Source: Spirochaetia bacterium (GTDB lineage: Bacteria > Spirochaetota > Spirochaetia > Treponematales > UBA12059). Taken from it: DNA of 64,000 nt. The stretch lies in NCBI GenBank assembly GCA_034003955.1, contig JAVEXO010000002.1, positions 44,060-108,059 of the forward strand, written 5' to 3'. The notes beneath the pieces are model-generated. The model saw only the letters and a program-made list of their open reading frames with translations, was not told the origin of the DNA and did no database searches. Each line of letters opens with the position of its first letter. The first letter of the stretch is position 1. Position numbers and translations under genes: made by a program. Below, one piece after another: positions 27,641-37,485 of the stretch.

Positions 27641-28148
27641 TCTTTCAGAGCTTCTTCAAAATGCACTCGTCCTCATACCCATAGCCATACTGATATTCGT
27701 GCGGGTATTTGCAAAGGTGCTGCTTGACAAGAAGAAACGCCAGAAGGCCGAGTCTAAGGCAAAGCCTTCCAGGCAAACACCGGCGAGCAAGATTCTAGAC
27801 AGGCTCAACAGGTTTATGAGCGGGTCCCTTGAGCAGACTCAGGTAATTCATGAGCCGCTCGAATTCGAGCTTTCAGAGAAACGAAGATTAGAACGGCCGG
27901 AACCTACTACGCAGGCTGCCAGCAGCAAGACTCCCTATCAAGCGGCTCCGAGGGTGGCTCAGGCTACCGGCGTCGTATCGGCGGGTGTTGATGCTCAGCT
28001 GGCTGGCGAACCAAAGGTGGAGAGAGCTCCTCCTGAAGACGACGCATATACGAGACCGTTTCCTCAGACCGTGGAACACCTGTCGCCGCTTAAACAAGCC
28101 TTTGTTCACTCTGTAATACTGGGCAAACCGCGGTCATTAGACTCTTGA
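27633..28148 (+). CDS. hypothetical N-terminally anchored, Lys/Pro/Ala-rich protein
   Basis: Its GTG start overlaps the floA stop. It has one TM ([21 protein letters not shown]) followed by low-complexity sequence. Confidence 0.5.
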   Translation: MRSLSELLQNALVLIPIAILIFVRVFAKVLLDKKKRQKAESKAKPSRQTPASKILDRLNRFMSGSLEQTQVIHEPLEFELSEKRRLERPEPTTQAASSKTPYQAAPRVAQATGVVSAGVDAQLAGEPKVERAPPEDDAYTRPFPQTVEHLSPLKQAFVHSVILGKPRSLDS

Positions 28149-29218
28149 GGCACCACCTTTCATTACAGGCCGTTTCCATCATGCTTGTCTTAGGAGCATC
28201 CACGTGCGTCTCTCCTAAAACCAGTCTGCAAGATTCGGCTGTACAAGGTGGCTCCCTGTACACTCAAAACGAGGTAAGCTCTAGTGTATTGGATGAGCAA
28301 GGATACGAAACCTTCGCCAGTCTTGGCGAAGGTTCGGCCATCATCCCGGGTCTTTCTCAAGGCTTCGTGCCACAGGGTCTTGCGTACTGGCGAGATACAG
28401 ACTGGCTACTCGTTAGCGGGTATTCCGATGACGGCGCTTCTCGCTTGATAGTCATAGACAGGCAGCATGGAGACTTGCTCAAGGTTCTGACACTAGAAAA
28501 CGATGATGGTTCTCTCTTCAATGGGCATTCTGGTGGTGTGGCTCTAGACATGCATAGCGTATACATAGCAAGCGATGGCTTTGTCTATACAGCATCGCTA
28601 GAATCTATAAGACAAGCAGGAAGCGTAGATACGCTTAGATTCCTCTCGTCCTTTAAGACCCCAACGAACGCGTCGTTCTGCACATGGTCCAATGGCATTC
28701 TGTGGGTCGGGGATTTCTATTATGGAAAGGGCTACCCGAGCGCTCCCTACAAACATAGAGTGAACCGGGACGGAGAACCCACCCGAGCATGGATAGCTGG
28801 CTACGACTCGGAGCCTGTTGCCGGATCAGGCGTCCCCGATTACATATTGTCTGTGGGTGACAGGATACAGGGAATGTCAGTCGACGATGCTAGTCATATT
28901 GTGTTAAGCCAATCCTATGGACGAAGGAACGACTCCGCCCTGCTCTTCTTCAATACCCCACTAGGTACCGAGCCTGATGAGCATGTGGAGCTATACGGTT
29001 CAAGGGTTCCGCTTTGGCACCTAGACGGATATAATGCCGTAAAGACGCTCTGTGCGCCACCCATGTCAGAAGGAATTGCCTGGACATCCAGTGGTATATT
29101 TGTGCTGTTCGAGTCGGCCGCCAAAAAATATATGCATGGATCCCCCAAATCCAGGAATCCATTAGACCGCATCTGGCGACTAAAACCGGAGCTACTAGCA
29201 AGCTGGCTAGCGTCATAA
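28145..29218 (+). CDS. hypothetical lipoprotein (probable beta-rich fold)
   Basis: Its TTG start overlaps the previous stop. It has a signal peptide with the lipobox LVLGASTC. No family was recognised. Confidence 0.6.
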   Translation: MRHHLSLQAVSIMLVLGASTCVSPKTSLQDSAVQGGSLYTQNEVSSSVLDEQGYETFASLGEGSAIIPGLSQGFVPQGLAYWRDTDWLLVSGYSDDGASRLIVIDRQHGDLLKVLTLENDDGSLFNGHSGGVALDMHSVYIASDGFVYTASLESIRQAGSVDTLRFLSSFKTPTNASFCTWSNGILWVGDFYYGKGYPSAPYKHRVNRDGEPTRAWIAGYDSEPVAGSGVPDYILSVGDRIQGMSVDDASHIVLSQSYGRRNDSALLFFNTPLGTEPDEHVELYGSRVPLWHLDGYNAVKTLCAPPMSEGIAWTSSGIFVLFESAAKKYMHGSPKSRNPLDRIWRLKPELLASWLAS

Positions 29219-29227
29219 ACGATACGC

Positions 29228-30583
29228 TTACGCCGTTACCGGTTCCAGAACAGTGAGTTGGCCCAGTATTGCTGCCTTGCGCTTACGATCATTGCGTTTG
29301 AAGTCTAGCAGATCACCCCGAGTTACCATGCCGGCTATACGGCCGCCCTCAAGGATAGGTAGATGCCCAATATCTTTTTCAAAAAGAAGTTCATCAATTT
29401 CACGTACCGTAATGTCGGGTTCGGCGCTTATGACGCTGCGACTCATGTAGGTTTTTACCGGAACGTGCATCTGGTTGCCTTTACGGCCCTTCTGTATGTC
29501 GCGTAGTGTCAGAAATCCGACGAGCCTACCTTCTATATTGACGACAGGCGCACCGGTATGTGAAACCGATTCCAGGAACTTAGAGGCATCCAATAGACTC
29601 ATATTGCTCTGAATAGTATCTACTATCTCAGTCATGATGTCCCGAGCCGTTGCGGCCGGTGCAAGCATAACTTCCAGGTAGTCCATGATACGCTCTACTA
29701 TTATTCCGGCATCCTCTGTTTTTATGTTGGCCGACGCCGCCTGCCTATGCCCTCCTCCGCCGAAATCACTGAGTAGTTCATTGAGATTAAGACAGGAATT
29801 GTTATTGCGGCCTATGACAAGCATCTTGCCTTTCTTCCTGAAAAAGAAAAAACCTAGAAGAATTTCGCCATGCTCTACCTCAAACACCTGTTCGATTACG
29901 GCCCCGAGGCCCTGTGCTTCGTCATCGAGTTCTAGATAACACGTCTGAACCATGTGGCCGCGAATGGAATGCTTCTCAAGAAGCGAAAGGATTTCATGGA
30001 AGAGTACTATCTGGTGTTTTTCTCGTAGGGGTACGAGGAAGTCCTTGACGAGTGATAGAGAGGCGCCTTGTGACAAGAGGAATGATGCTACCTCAAAATC
30101 CTCCCGCGTAACATTGGTATGGGTAAAATTACCCGTATCGGCATATATCCCAGTCAGTGCTATGGTAGCATCTTCTGGCTCGATAAATACGCCCTGGGCC
30201 ATAAGCTCAAGACCCAGTTGCGTTGTGTTGGCGCCAAAGAGCCCCTCGTGTATGCGCAGCGCCGGTATATCACGACTCTCTGCCGGATGGTGATCAAACA
30301 CCTCGTACTCTATGCTCTCAGGATCTTCTATACCGTGCAGATACTCTTCTATCCTGGCCATGGAGCATGTGTCTACAACAACAACATGCTCCAGATGCTG
30401 GCCTTTAATATCAGCAGTAGTAAGAAATGCCAACCTTTGATCGTAAAGATTAAGAAGTTTCCTCGCCACAGGATGCACCATATAGCTCTTGATGGCTACA
30501 TGGTCTGGAAAGAGGTATCGTGCAAGCACGATAGATCCTATACAGTCTAGATCCATGTTTCCATGGCCAATGATTATTTTCAT
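29228..30583 (-). CDS. DHH-DHHA1 phosphoesterase with C-terminal CBS pair
   Basis: Motifs are HGNMDLDCIGS, VVVDT, FDHH and GGGGHRQAASA (DHHA1). Two CBS motifs follow in the last ~130 aa. Confidence 0.85.
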   Translation of the reverse strand: MKIIIGHGNMDLDCIGSIVLARYLFPDHVAIKSYMVHPVARKLLNLYDQRLAFLTTADIKGQHLEHVVVVDTCSMARIEEYLHGIEDPESIEYEVFDHHPAESRDIPALRIHEGLFGANTTQLGLELMAQGVFIEPEDATIALTGIYADTGNFTHTNVTREDFEVASFLLSQGASLSLVKDFLVPLREKHQIVLFHEILSLLEKHSIRGHMVQTCYLELDDEAQGLGAVIEQVFEVEHGEILLGFFFFRKKGKMLVIGRNNNSCLNLNELLSDFGGGGHRQAASANIKTEDAGIIVERIMDYLEVMLAPAATARDIMTEIVDTIQSNMSLLDASKFLESVSHTGAPVVNIEGRLVGFLTLRDIQKGRKGNQMHVPVKTYMSRSVISAEPDITVREIDELLFEKDIGHLPILEGGRIAGMVTRGDLLDFKRNDRKRKAAILGQLTVLEPVTA

Positions 30584-30712
30584 GCTTCTGCTAGTAGTGT
30601 ATGCGCTAAAGTCAAAAAAGAAAAGTTTTATATTATAAGACAGCTAGCAGGCAAAATATTGTTTGACAAGCCTACGCTAAATATCTGGATTTTCATGAGT
30701 ACGGAGGAATAT

Positions 30713-31450
30713 ATGAGACGTCTTGCAACGCTCTTAATTATTGCGGGCTTGCCATTGCTGGGGAGCTGTAGCCACATGGCTCTACAAATTGATACTGACA
30801 ACACGACAAGTATTATGGAATACTCGGATTATATTGAGTTGAGGCCATCATCAAGCGATATATCTTCAACGGGCATTATATTCTACCCGGGTGGATTGGT
30901 AGACCCGAAGGCTTACGTGCAATCACTAAGATTGATATCGCGTCTTGGCTACGTTGTAATAATACTACGTTCTCCCGTCAATCTGGCTATACTCAACTCG
31001 TCACAGGCCGTCTCGGTCATAAAGAAATATGGTGATAGAGCGGCGGCATCATCACCGACAGTACCAGATTCTTGGGTGGCTGCAGGCCATTCTTTAGGGG
31101 GCACTGCTGCGGCCATACTGAGCGTAAAGAAACCTGATGTATTTAAAGGTCTCATCTTCATTGCCAGCTACCCGGCATCATCGAGTGATCTGTCTTCCTG
31201 GAGTGCTTCGGTCCTTAGCGTTTCAGCAAGTAACGATGGTCTCGCTACTCCAGAAAAGATAGATGCATCAAGAAATCTTCTACCAGCCAGTACCGTGTAC
31301 CATGTAATAGATGGCGGAAATCACGCGCAGTTTGGTAACTATGGCGTTCAGAAGGACGATGGCATTCCCACCATTTCTCCCGAGGATCAGTGGCAAGAGA
31401 TGAGCGACACGATAGCCGCATTCTTCTTCAGTCGGGGATGGGCGCCGTGA
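30713..31450 (+). CDS. alpha/beta hydrolase lipoprotein
   Basis: The start was trimmed to MRRLATLLIIAGLPLLGSC (lipobox), with GGAGGAAT 4 nt upstream. It has a GHSLGG nucleophile elbow. Confidence 0.8.
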   Translation: MRRLATLLIIAGLPLLGSCSHMALQIDTDNTTSIMEYSDYIELRPSSSDISSTGIIFYPGGLVDPKAYVQSLRLISRLGYVVIILRSPVNLAILNSSQAVSVIKKYGDRAAASSPTVPDSWVAAGHSLGGTAAAILSVKKPDVFKGLIFIASYPASSSDLSSWSASVLSVSASNDGLATPEKIDASRNLLPASTVYHVIDGGNHAQFGNYGVQKDDGIPTISPEDQWQEMSDTIAAFFFSRGWAP

Positions 31451-32822
31451 TGACCGCTGGCATCTTCTTAAGCGAGCGTAACTCAAGAAAGAAAAAGATT
31501 CCTGTGAGTATGGAGCTTAAGAAATCTGCCGTTGGGCTAGCCCCATAGACACCATCAAGCCCAAAAAAGCGTGGCAGTATCAAGAGTAGCGGTATAAGCA
31601 AGAGCACTTGCCGTGAGAGGCTCAGGAACATGGCGTGCTTTGGTTTGCCGACAGCCTGAAAATAACTTGCTCCCACAACCTGAAATCCTACGAATGGAAA
31701 CATAAAGAAGAAAATACGCATCGCGCGCGTGCCAATATCGACAAGTTCGATGTTCCCTCGCGAGAATGCCGAGATGATGAACTGTGGAAAAAGCCTGGTA
31801 GCAAGCCATCCGGTGGCGACTATGAAAGTAGCAACCATCATGGTTAGTTCGACACTACGAATAACCCTCTTATACTGCTTTGCACCATAGTTATACCCGA
31901 TTATAGGCTGAGAGCCTTGGTTCAATCCAAATATAGGCATAAGAATGAGCATCGCTACGCTGTAGATTATACCCATAGCAGAAATTGCCATGTCTCCGCC
32001 GTAGGTCTTTAGTTGGTTATTGAGTATGGTATTAAGAGCACTCGCCGCGATCTGCATGGCAAAGGGGGCAGAACCTATGGCCACGATCCGTAGCACGACA
32101 TCCTTGCGCAGACGCATTCTTTTAAAATCAATTGTAAGATGGCTCTTGCCACTCAAGAAATAAGACAACACCCAGATTGCACTCATGGCCTGGCTGATGA
32201 TTGTTGCCCAGGCCGCTCCGGCAATACCCATATCGAAAATAAATATAAATATTGGGTCTAAGATGGTGTTTAGAATTGCACCAATGAGCATTGTCATCAT
32301 CGCAATCTTTGGATTGCCTTCGGCTCTGATGAAATTGTTCATGCTAAAACCTATGTTGTTGAGCATGACACCTAAAAGAATGATCCTCATGTAGCTTCTA
32401 GCATAGGGCAAGACGGCTTCGCTGGCGCCGGTAAGGCGAAGGAGAGGATCAAGGAAGACGAGGCCGCATACCATAAGGCTAGATGAAATAATGATGATAA
32501 GGACAAAGGCGTTGTTTATGACACTTTCGGCGAAGTCCTTCTTTCCCTCTCCCAGAGAAATTGACAGGAGGGATCCTCCACCTATGCCTATCAACATGCC
32601 AAAGGCCATGATAACGAGCATAAAAGGAAAACTAACAGTAGCGCCGGCCAAGCCAAGAGGGCCAACTCCATTGCCAATGAATATTCTATCAACCACGTTG
32701 TATAACGATTGCACCATCATCCCGACTATTGCCGGCACAGAAAAACGCAGGAGGAGCGAAGCGATACTCTTTGTCCCAAGCTGCGTGGTCCTATCGCTCT
32801 TCGTTGCTTGTGCGTCGCTCAT
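31428..32822 (-). CDS. MATE family efflux transporter
   Basis: It has 12 predicted TM helices and the N-terminal LLRFSVPAIVGMMVQSLYNVVDRIFIG, typical of MATE/NorM-like proteins. Confidence 0.9.
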   Translation of the reverse strand: MSDAQATKSDRTTQLGTKSIASLLLRFSVPAIVGMMVQSLYNVVDRIFIGNGVGPLGLAGATVSFPFMLVIMAFGMLIGIGGGSLLSISLGEGKKDFAESVINNAFVLIIIISSSLMVCGLVFLDPLLRLTGASEAVLPYARSYMRIILLGVMLNNIGFSMNNFIRAEGNPKIAMMTMLIGAILNTILDPIFIFIFDMGIAGAAWATIISQAMSAIWVLSYFLSGKSHLTIDFKRMRLRKDVVLRIVAIGSAPFAMQIAASALNTILNNQLKTYGGDMAISAMGIIYSVAMLILMPIFGLNQGSQPIIGYNYGAKQYKRVIRSVELTMMVATFIVATGWLATRLFPQFIISAFSRGNIELVDIGTRAMRIFFFMFPFVGFQVVGASYFQAVGKPKHAMFLSLSRQVLLLIPLLLILPRFFGLDGVYGASPTADFLSSILTGIFFFLELRSLKKMPAVITAPIPD

Positions 32823-32852
32823 TGATACACTCTTATAATCGTTTGCATAAGA

Positions 32853-34130
32853 CTAGTTACCTAACATGATGTTTAATATTTCTATATCTGTCGATCGCAT
32901 ACCGTCGCGACCAATTCTAGCCACGTTGCGTATCGTTGCCTCAATATCATCCATCACGATACCCTCTCCGGGCTTGAATACGTTATGCTGCATGGCCATG
33001 CAGTGACTCAAGAGGGCTGAATCGACGGCGGAGGCAACCTTGGCAGCGCAGCTTGGCTTGGCACCGTCACATACTATGCCAGGAGTATTGGCGAGCGTAT
33101 TGGTTATAGTCATAGAAATCGCTTCCAGGTCACCATCGTGCAGATACGTTATTCCGGCTCCACAACCACAAGCTGCCGATACGGCACCACAAAACGCGCT
33201 CAACTTTCCTATGCCACGCTTTATATGGATGCTAACAAGATTACTCAAAGCGAGGGCACGGTACTTCTTGTCGTCTGAAACATTCAGGTGTTGTGCGTAG
33301 GCCAGCACTGGCATGCTGGCAGTTATTCCCTGGTTGCCGCTACCGGAGTTTATTATAACAGGCATGGCACAACCGCTCATGCGAGCGTCGCTTCCGGCTG
33401 CGGCAAGAGCCTTGGCCTGGATGTCGATACCTTTACCATAGCACTGCAGCAAGGTAGCCCCGACACGTTCTCCATACGGATTGCTAAGACCTTCTTTTGC
33501 AATATTAGTATTGCAACGTTCCTGTTCAGCGATGACAGGAATAATGCTGGAAATATCAGAAGTATCAATATACTCGAAAATGTTTGCCAAGGACAGGAGA
33601 CCATAATCAGGGTTTTCATCAGGCATACTGTTTGAAGGGTCCTCGCCCTGTACGCTTAGGGCCATGCCGTTCTTCTCAATTCTTACAATGTTCGTGTGCC
33701 CGTCCTTGATCTCGACTACGGCGCTATCCTTACCTAGATTGGCTTCAACGATTATAAGCAGACCTGGCACATCCGGTACAAGTTCTACACGGCAGAAATT
33801 TTTTTTAAGCAATTCCTTTGCACGATGAAGATCCTCCGCAGCTACTCTCGACAAGACCTCTAGTTTTAAGTTGGCAACACCTGCGACGGTGCCTAAAACG
33901 GCGCTACAATCCACACCCTTCATGTCGCCACTCATGGGAACGACGACGCCCTTGACGTTCTTTATGACGTTTCCCGAGCATCGCACGATTATATGTTCAG
34001 GCATCGCCCCAAGCGTGTCACAAGCGGTAGCTGCGGCATAGGCTATGGCAATTGGTTCGGTACAACCGAGGGCGGGTACCAGTTCCCTCCTCAGAATGGC
34101 TTCGTATGTCTCCGTGATGCTACGATCCAT
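32853..34130 (-). CDS. UPF0597 / L-cysteine desulfidase family protein (serine dehydratase alpha-like)
   Basis: It has the LGCTEPIAIAYAAA motif near the N-terminus and a second GSGNQG block. The start was trimmed to MDRSITE at 34130, with GGAGG upstream. Confidence 0.85.
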   Translation of the reverse strand: MDRSITETYEAILRRELVPALGCTEPIAIAYAAATACDTLGAMPEHIIVRCSGNVIKNVKGVVVPMSGDMKGVDCSAVLGTVAGVANLKLEVLSRVAAEDLHRAKELLKKNFCRVELVPDVPGLLIIVEANLGKDSAVVEIKDGHTNIVRIEKNGMALSVQGEDPSNSMPDENPDYGLLSLANIFEYIDTSDISSIIPVIAEQERCNTNIAKEGLSNPYGERVGATLLQCYGKGIDIQAKALAAAGSDARMSGCAMPVIINSGSGNQGITASMPVLAYAQHLNVSDDKKYRALALSNLVSIHIKRGIGKLSAFCGAVSAACGCGAGITYLHDGDLEAISMTITNTLANTPGIVCDGAKPSCAAKVASAVDSALLSHCMAMQHNVFKPGEGIVMDDIEATIRNVARIGRDGMRSTDIEILNIMLGN

Positions 34131-34269
34131 AATAGCCTCCTTTGGCGGAATCGATACGCCGATAGAATATCCATTTTGGACATGAGTCGCAAGACCGGCG
34201 CCTATAGGCATGCTTTTTAGTCATGGCAGAATTCATAAATAGTTCATAGTCGATATTCTTGTCATTTCC

Positions 34270-34297
34270 TTGACTACAGCGAAATTTAGACTATAAT
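34270..34297 (+). promoter_or_regulatory. sigma70 promoter TTGACT-N16-TATAAT of the sugar ABC/GH4 operon
   Basis: The -35 is at 34270-34275 and the -10 at 34292-34297, about 70 nt upstream of the SBP start. Confidence 0.55.
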
Positions 34298-34301
34298 AGC
34301 C

Positions 34302-34323
34302 ATAGGTGTTGCGTAACACCTAT
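34302..34323. promoter_or_regulatory. 22-bp palindrome ATAGGTGTT-gcgt-AACACCTAT, candidate LacI-family operator
   Basis: It has perfect 9-bp arms and begins 5 nt after the -10. A LacI-family regulator is encoded at the end of the operon. Confidence 0.45.
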
Positions 34324-34366
34324 CAGTATCACCTGCTGTTTACAGCAAAAAATTGGAGGTATTATC

Positions 34367-35644
34367 ATGAGAAGAGCCGTTTCAAGGGTCGTGTCTTTGA
34401 GTCTGATGCTCGCCATACTATTTACCGCGGCGTCCTGCTCGGATGCGAAGAAAGAGACAAAAGATGTCGAGTTATCCATGTTCCAGCTCAAGGTGGAGAT
34501 CAAGGATGCCATCGACGGATATGCTGCCAAGTACTCCGAGGCAACACCTGGTGTAACGTTGAAGGTGGAAACGCTTGGTGGTGGCGGAGACTATGGTGGA
34601 GCCCTCAAGGCAAAGTCACAGGCAGATCAGATGCCCGACATCTTCGTCATTGAAGGCCTTGGTGGTTACAACATCTGGAAAGACTATATTGCCGACTTAG
34701 GAGCAGAGCCCTGGGTCAAGGATACCGATCTCGCTTTAAAAGTAGACGGCAAGGTAGTTGGATTCCCTATCGCGATAGAGGGTTATGGGCTTGCCTATAA
34801 CGCCGGGATTCTAGAGAAGGCTGGAATAGATCCCCAGACACTTACGACGAGAGCAGCCTACGAAAAGGCTCTGGCGCTTCTGGATAGCAAGAAGGCCGAA
34901 CTCGGCATAGACGCTCCCGTATCCATGGCTGCTTCTGTAGCGGGTGGAATGTGGTGGGTTGCTGCCCAGCACAACCTGGCTTGTTATTGGGGCGGTGGAC
35001 TGGCTTTCGATGATACAAGCATAATAAACAAGGCCTTGAAGGGTGAGCTCGATGAGGCACGCTTCCTTCAGTATGCCAAGTATCTCCAGCTTCTATTCAA
35101 GTATGCCGACCAAAACATTCTCCTCAATGGTAGCTATGATGACCAGGTGGGATCCTTCGCACAAGGCAAGACTGCCTTCCTGCATCAAGGCAACTGGGTA
35201 GACCCTAACCTCAAGCAGCTTGGCGTTACCTTCAAGATAGGCTACGCCCCTCATGCCTTCCTCGATGTGGAAGAAAAGGGTCTCTATCTGTTCGCACCCA
35301 GCTGGTACTGCGTCAATTCAAAGAGCCCCAACGCCGATGCAGCCAAAGCTTTCCTCACAGCAATGGCCAGCACTCCAGAGGGTCACGACTATATGGTAAA
35401 CAAGGCAGGCATGATCCCCGCATTCAAGTCTGTCACCTTGAAGCCAGCCGGTCAGCTCAGCCAGGCCTTGATGGCTGCCAATGCCAAGGGTGGCAATTAT
35501 GGTGTGTTCTTTGGAATGCTTCCTGATGGTGCCGGCCAGAATGTATTTGGTCCAATCTTCGATCTCTTTGCACAGAACCAGAATAATCTTGATCGTTTCA
35601 TTGATGACATGAAAAAGGCTGTTGCCAGTCTACCTAAGATGTAA
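34367..35644 (+). CDS. sugar ABC transporter substrate-binding lipoprotein
   Basis: It has the lipobox LFTAASC and a family-1 extracellular solute-binding body. A GGAGG SD is present. Confidence 0.9.
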   Translation: MRRAVSRVVSLSLMLAILFTAASCSDAKKETKDVELSMFQLKVEIKDAIDGYAAKYSEATPGVTLKVETLGGGGDYGGALKAKSQADQMPDIFVIEGLGGYNIWKDYIADLGAEPWVKDTDLALKVDGKVVGFPIAIEGYGLAYNAGILEKAGIDPQTLTTRAAYEKALALLDSKKAELGIDAPVSMAASVAGGMWWVAAQHNLACYWGGGLAFDDTSIINKALKGELDEARFLQYAKYLQLLFKYADQNILLNGSYDDQVGSFAQGKTAFLHQGNWVDPNLKQLGVTFKIGYAPHAFLDVEEKGLYLFAPSWYCVNSKSPNADAAKAFLTAMASTPEGHDYMVNKAGMIPAFKSVTLKPAGQLSQALMAANAKGGNYGVFFGMLPDGAGQNVFGPIFDLFAQNQNNLDRFIDDMKKAVASLPKM

Positions 35645-35657
35645 TAACCATTGTAAC

Positions 35658-35688
35658 GGGGCCGCCTTAAAATGGCGGTCCCGGTTTT
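35658..35688 (+). terminator. GC-rich hairpin + GGTTTT after the SBP gene (partial terminator/attenuator)
   Basis: ggggccgcc (35658-35666) pairs with ggcggtccc (35674-35682) with one G-T pair. It is followed by ggtttt and then the SD of the next gene. Confidence 0.4.
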
Positions 35689-35699
35689 AGGAGCGTGAC

Positions 35700-36587
35700 A
35701 TGAAACGAGATCGTGGCGTAAACTTCCTTTTTACATTTCCATGCCTATTTGCCTTTACGATGATAATATTGATCCCCTTTTTCTTCGGCCTGTATTACTC
35801 TATGACAGACTGGAACGGAGTCAATAACGACATCAACTTTGTAGGTTTTGAAAATTTCAAAAATCTATTCTCGTCACCAGATTTTCTATACTCGTTCCTT
35901 ATAACCATCGCCTATACAGCAATAAACATCGTGCTTGTCAATGTCGTGAGTTTCATCCTTTCACTGATTGTGACGAGCAACATACGGTTCAAGAATTTTT
36001 TTCGTGCCGGCTTCTTCATTCCTTATCTAATTGGCGGCATAGTCCTTGGCTATATATGGCAGTTCCTATTCAACAATGCCATAGTCGCCATAGGTAACAC
36101 GCTTTCTATAAAGGCGCTGCAGGTTTCTTTCCTCAGTCGCCCAAATACGGTAATCTGGATGATGGCCGTCGTCAACACATGGCAATATGCAGGATACATC
36201 ATGCTCATATACGTAGCATCAATCCAAAGCATTCCCAAATCCCTTATGGAAGCCGCAGAGGTAGACGGTGCTAATTATGTAACCCGAGTATTACACATTC
36301 TCATTCCTATGATGGCCAATGCCTTTACCATCTCCTTGTTCCTAACACTGACGACATCATTCAAGCAATTTGATATGAACCTTACCTTGACTAATGGCGG
36401 CCCAGCCACAAGATTTCTCGATACGCCTGTCAAGGCTAGCCAGTTGCTTGCCATGAATATTTTCAGTACCGCCACGGCTAATCGTATGGCGGAGGCGCAG
36501 GCTAAGGCTGTCATACTCTTCATAGCTCTTGTTATTGTTGCTCTTGTACAGGTTACCATCAATAAAAAGAGAGAGGTGGAGATGTGA
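35700..36587 (+). CDS. carbohydrate ABC transporter permease
   Basis: It has 6 TM helices and the EAA loop SLMEAAEVDGANYVTRVLHILIPM. Confidence 0.9.
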   Translation: MKRDRGVNFLFTFPCLFAFTMIILIPFFFGLYYSMTDWNGVNNDINFVGFENFKNLFSSPDFLYSFLITIAYTAINIVLVNVVSFILSLIVTSNIRFKNFFRAGFFIPYLIGGIVLGYIWQFLFNNAIVAIGNTLSIKALQVSFLSRPNTVIWMMAVVNTWQYAGYIMLIYVASIQSIPKSLMEAAEVDGANYVTRVLHILIPMMANAFTISLFLTLTTSFKQFDMNLTLTNGGPATRFLDTPVKASQLLAMNIFSTATANRMAEAQAKAVILFIALVIVALVQVTINKKREVEM

Positions 36588-37474
36588 TTAAGCATACAAG
36601 TTCTGCAATAAAGAACCACGCATCGCTTCATCCGGGACGCATACTGCTGGGAACATTTGTAATAATAGTTTTTATACTCTTCATGGTACCTTTTGCCATG
36701 GTAATTCTTAATTCAGCCAAAACTTCTAAAGAAATTATTTACAATGCTATTTCTCTCCCGTCGAGCTGGGGACAAATATTTACAAATGTTAAACTTATAT
36801 TCAGTAATCCCACGATAGACTACCTTGGAGCATTCTGGGACAGTACTGTCATCACCGTCATCTCTCTAGCCGTCATTGTCCTATTCTCGTCAATGTGCGC
36901 CTGGATTTTAGTCAGGAACAAGACACTACTGTCTGCAATACTATTTATGGTATTTGTTGCTGCCATGGTCATTCCTTTCCAAGTGCTTATGTATCCTCTC
37001 GTTCGCTGGATGCGCATAGTAGGTCAGTTTTTTCATCTAAGGCTATTGGGCACAGTCCCAGGCATTGTCTTTGCCTACCTGGGTTTTGGCTGTCCTTTGT
37101 CAATTTTTATCTTTCACGGTTTTATCAAAAACATACCGTATGAACTTGAAGAATCTGCTACTATAGATGGTTGTTCACGCCCTAAGACATTTTTTCTTAT
37201 TGTATTCCCGCTTTTACAACCCATAATCGTAACGATTCTAATACTCAACGGCATATGGATATGGAATGACTACCTCCTTCCGCTACTCGTTCTAGGGTCA
37301 AATGGAATTGTGCAAACCATACCCATTGCCGTAACGGCCTTCGCCGGAGCTTACCTTAAGCAGTGGGATCTTATACTTACTTCTACGTTGATTGCCATGT
37401 TGCCAATAATAGTGCTGTACCTGTTCGCACAGCGCTATATCATTAAGGGCATGGTTGAAGGTTCTATTAAATAG
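36584..37474 (+). CDS. carbohydrate ABC transporter permease
   Basis: It has the EAA loop ELEESATIDGCSRPKTFFLIVFPLL. Its start overlaps the preceding stop. Confidence 0.9.
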   Translation: MIKHTSSAIKNHASLHPGRILLGTFVIIVFILFMVPFAMVILNSAKTSKEIIYNAISLPSSWGQIFTNVKLIFSNPTIDYLGAFWDSTVITVISLAVIVLFSSMCAWILVRNKTLLSAILFMVFVAAMVIPFQVLMYPLVRWMRIVGQFFHLRLLGTVPGIVFAYLGFGCPLSIFIFHGFIKNIPYELEESATIDGCSRPKTFFLIVFPLLQPIIVTILILNGIWIWNDYLLPLLVLGSNGIVQTIPIAVTAFAGAYLKQWDLILTSTLIAMLPIIVLYLFAQRYIIKGMVEGSIK

Positions 37475-37485
37475 ATGGAGGACTT

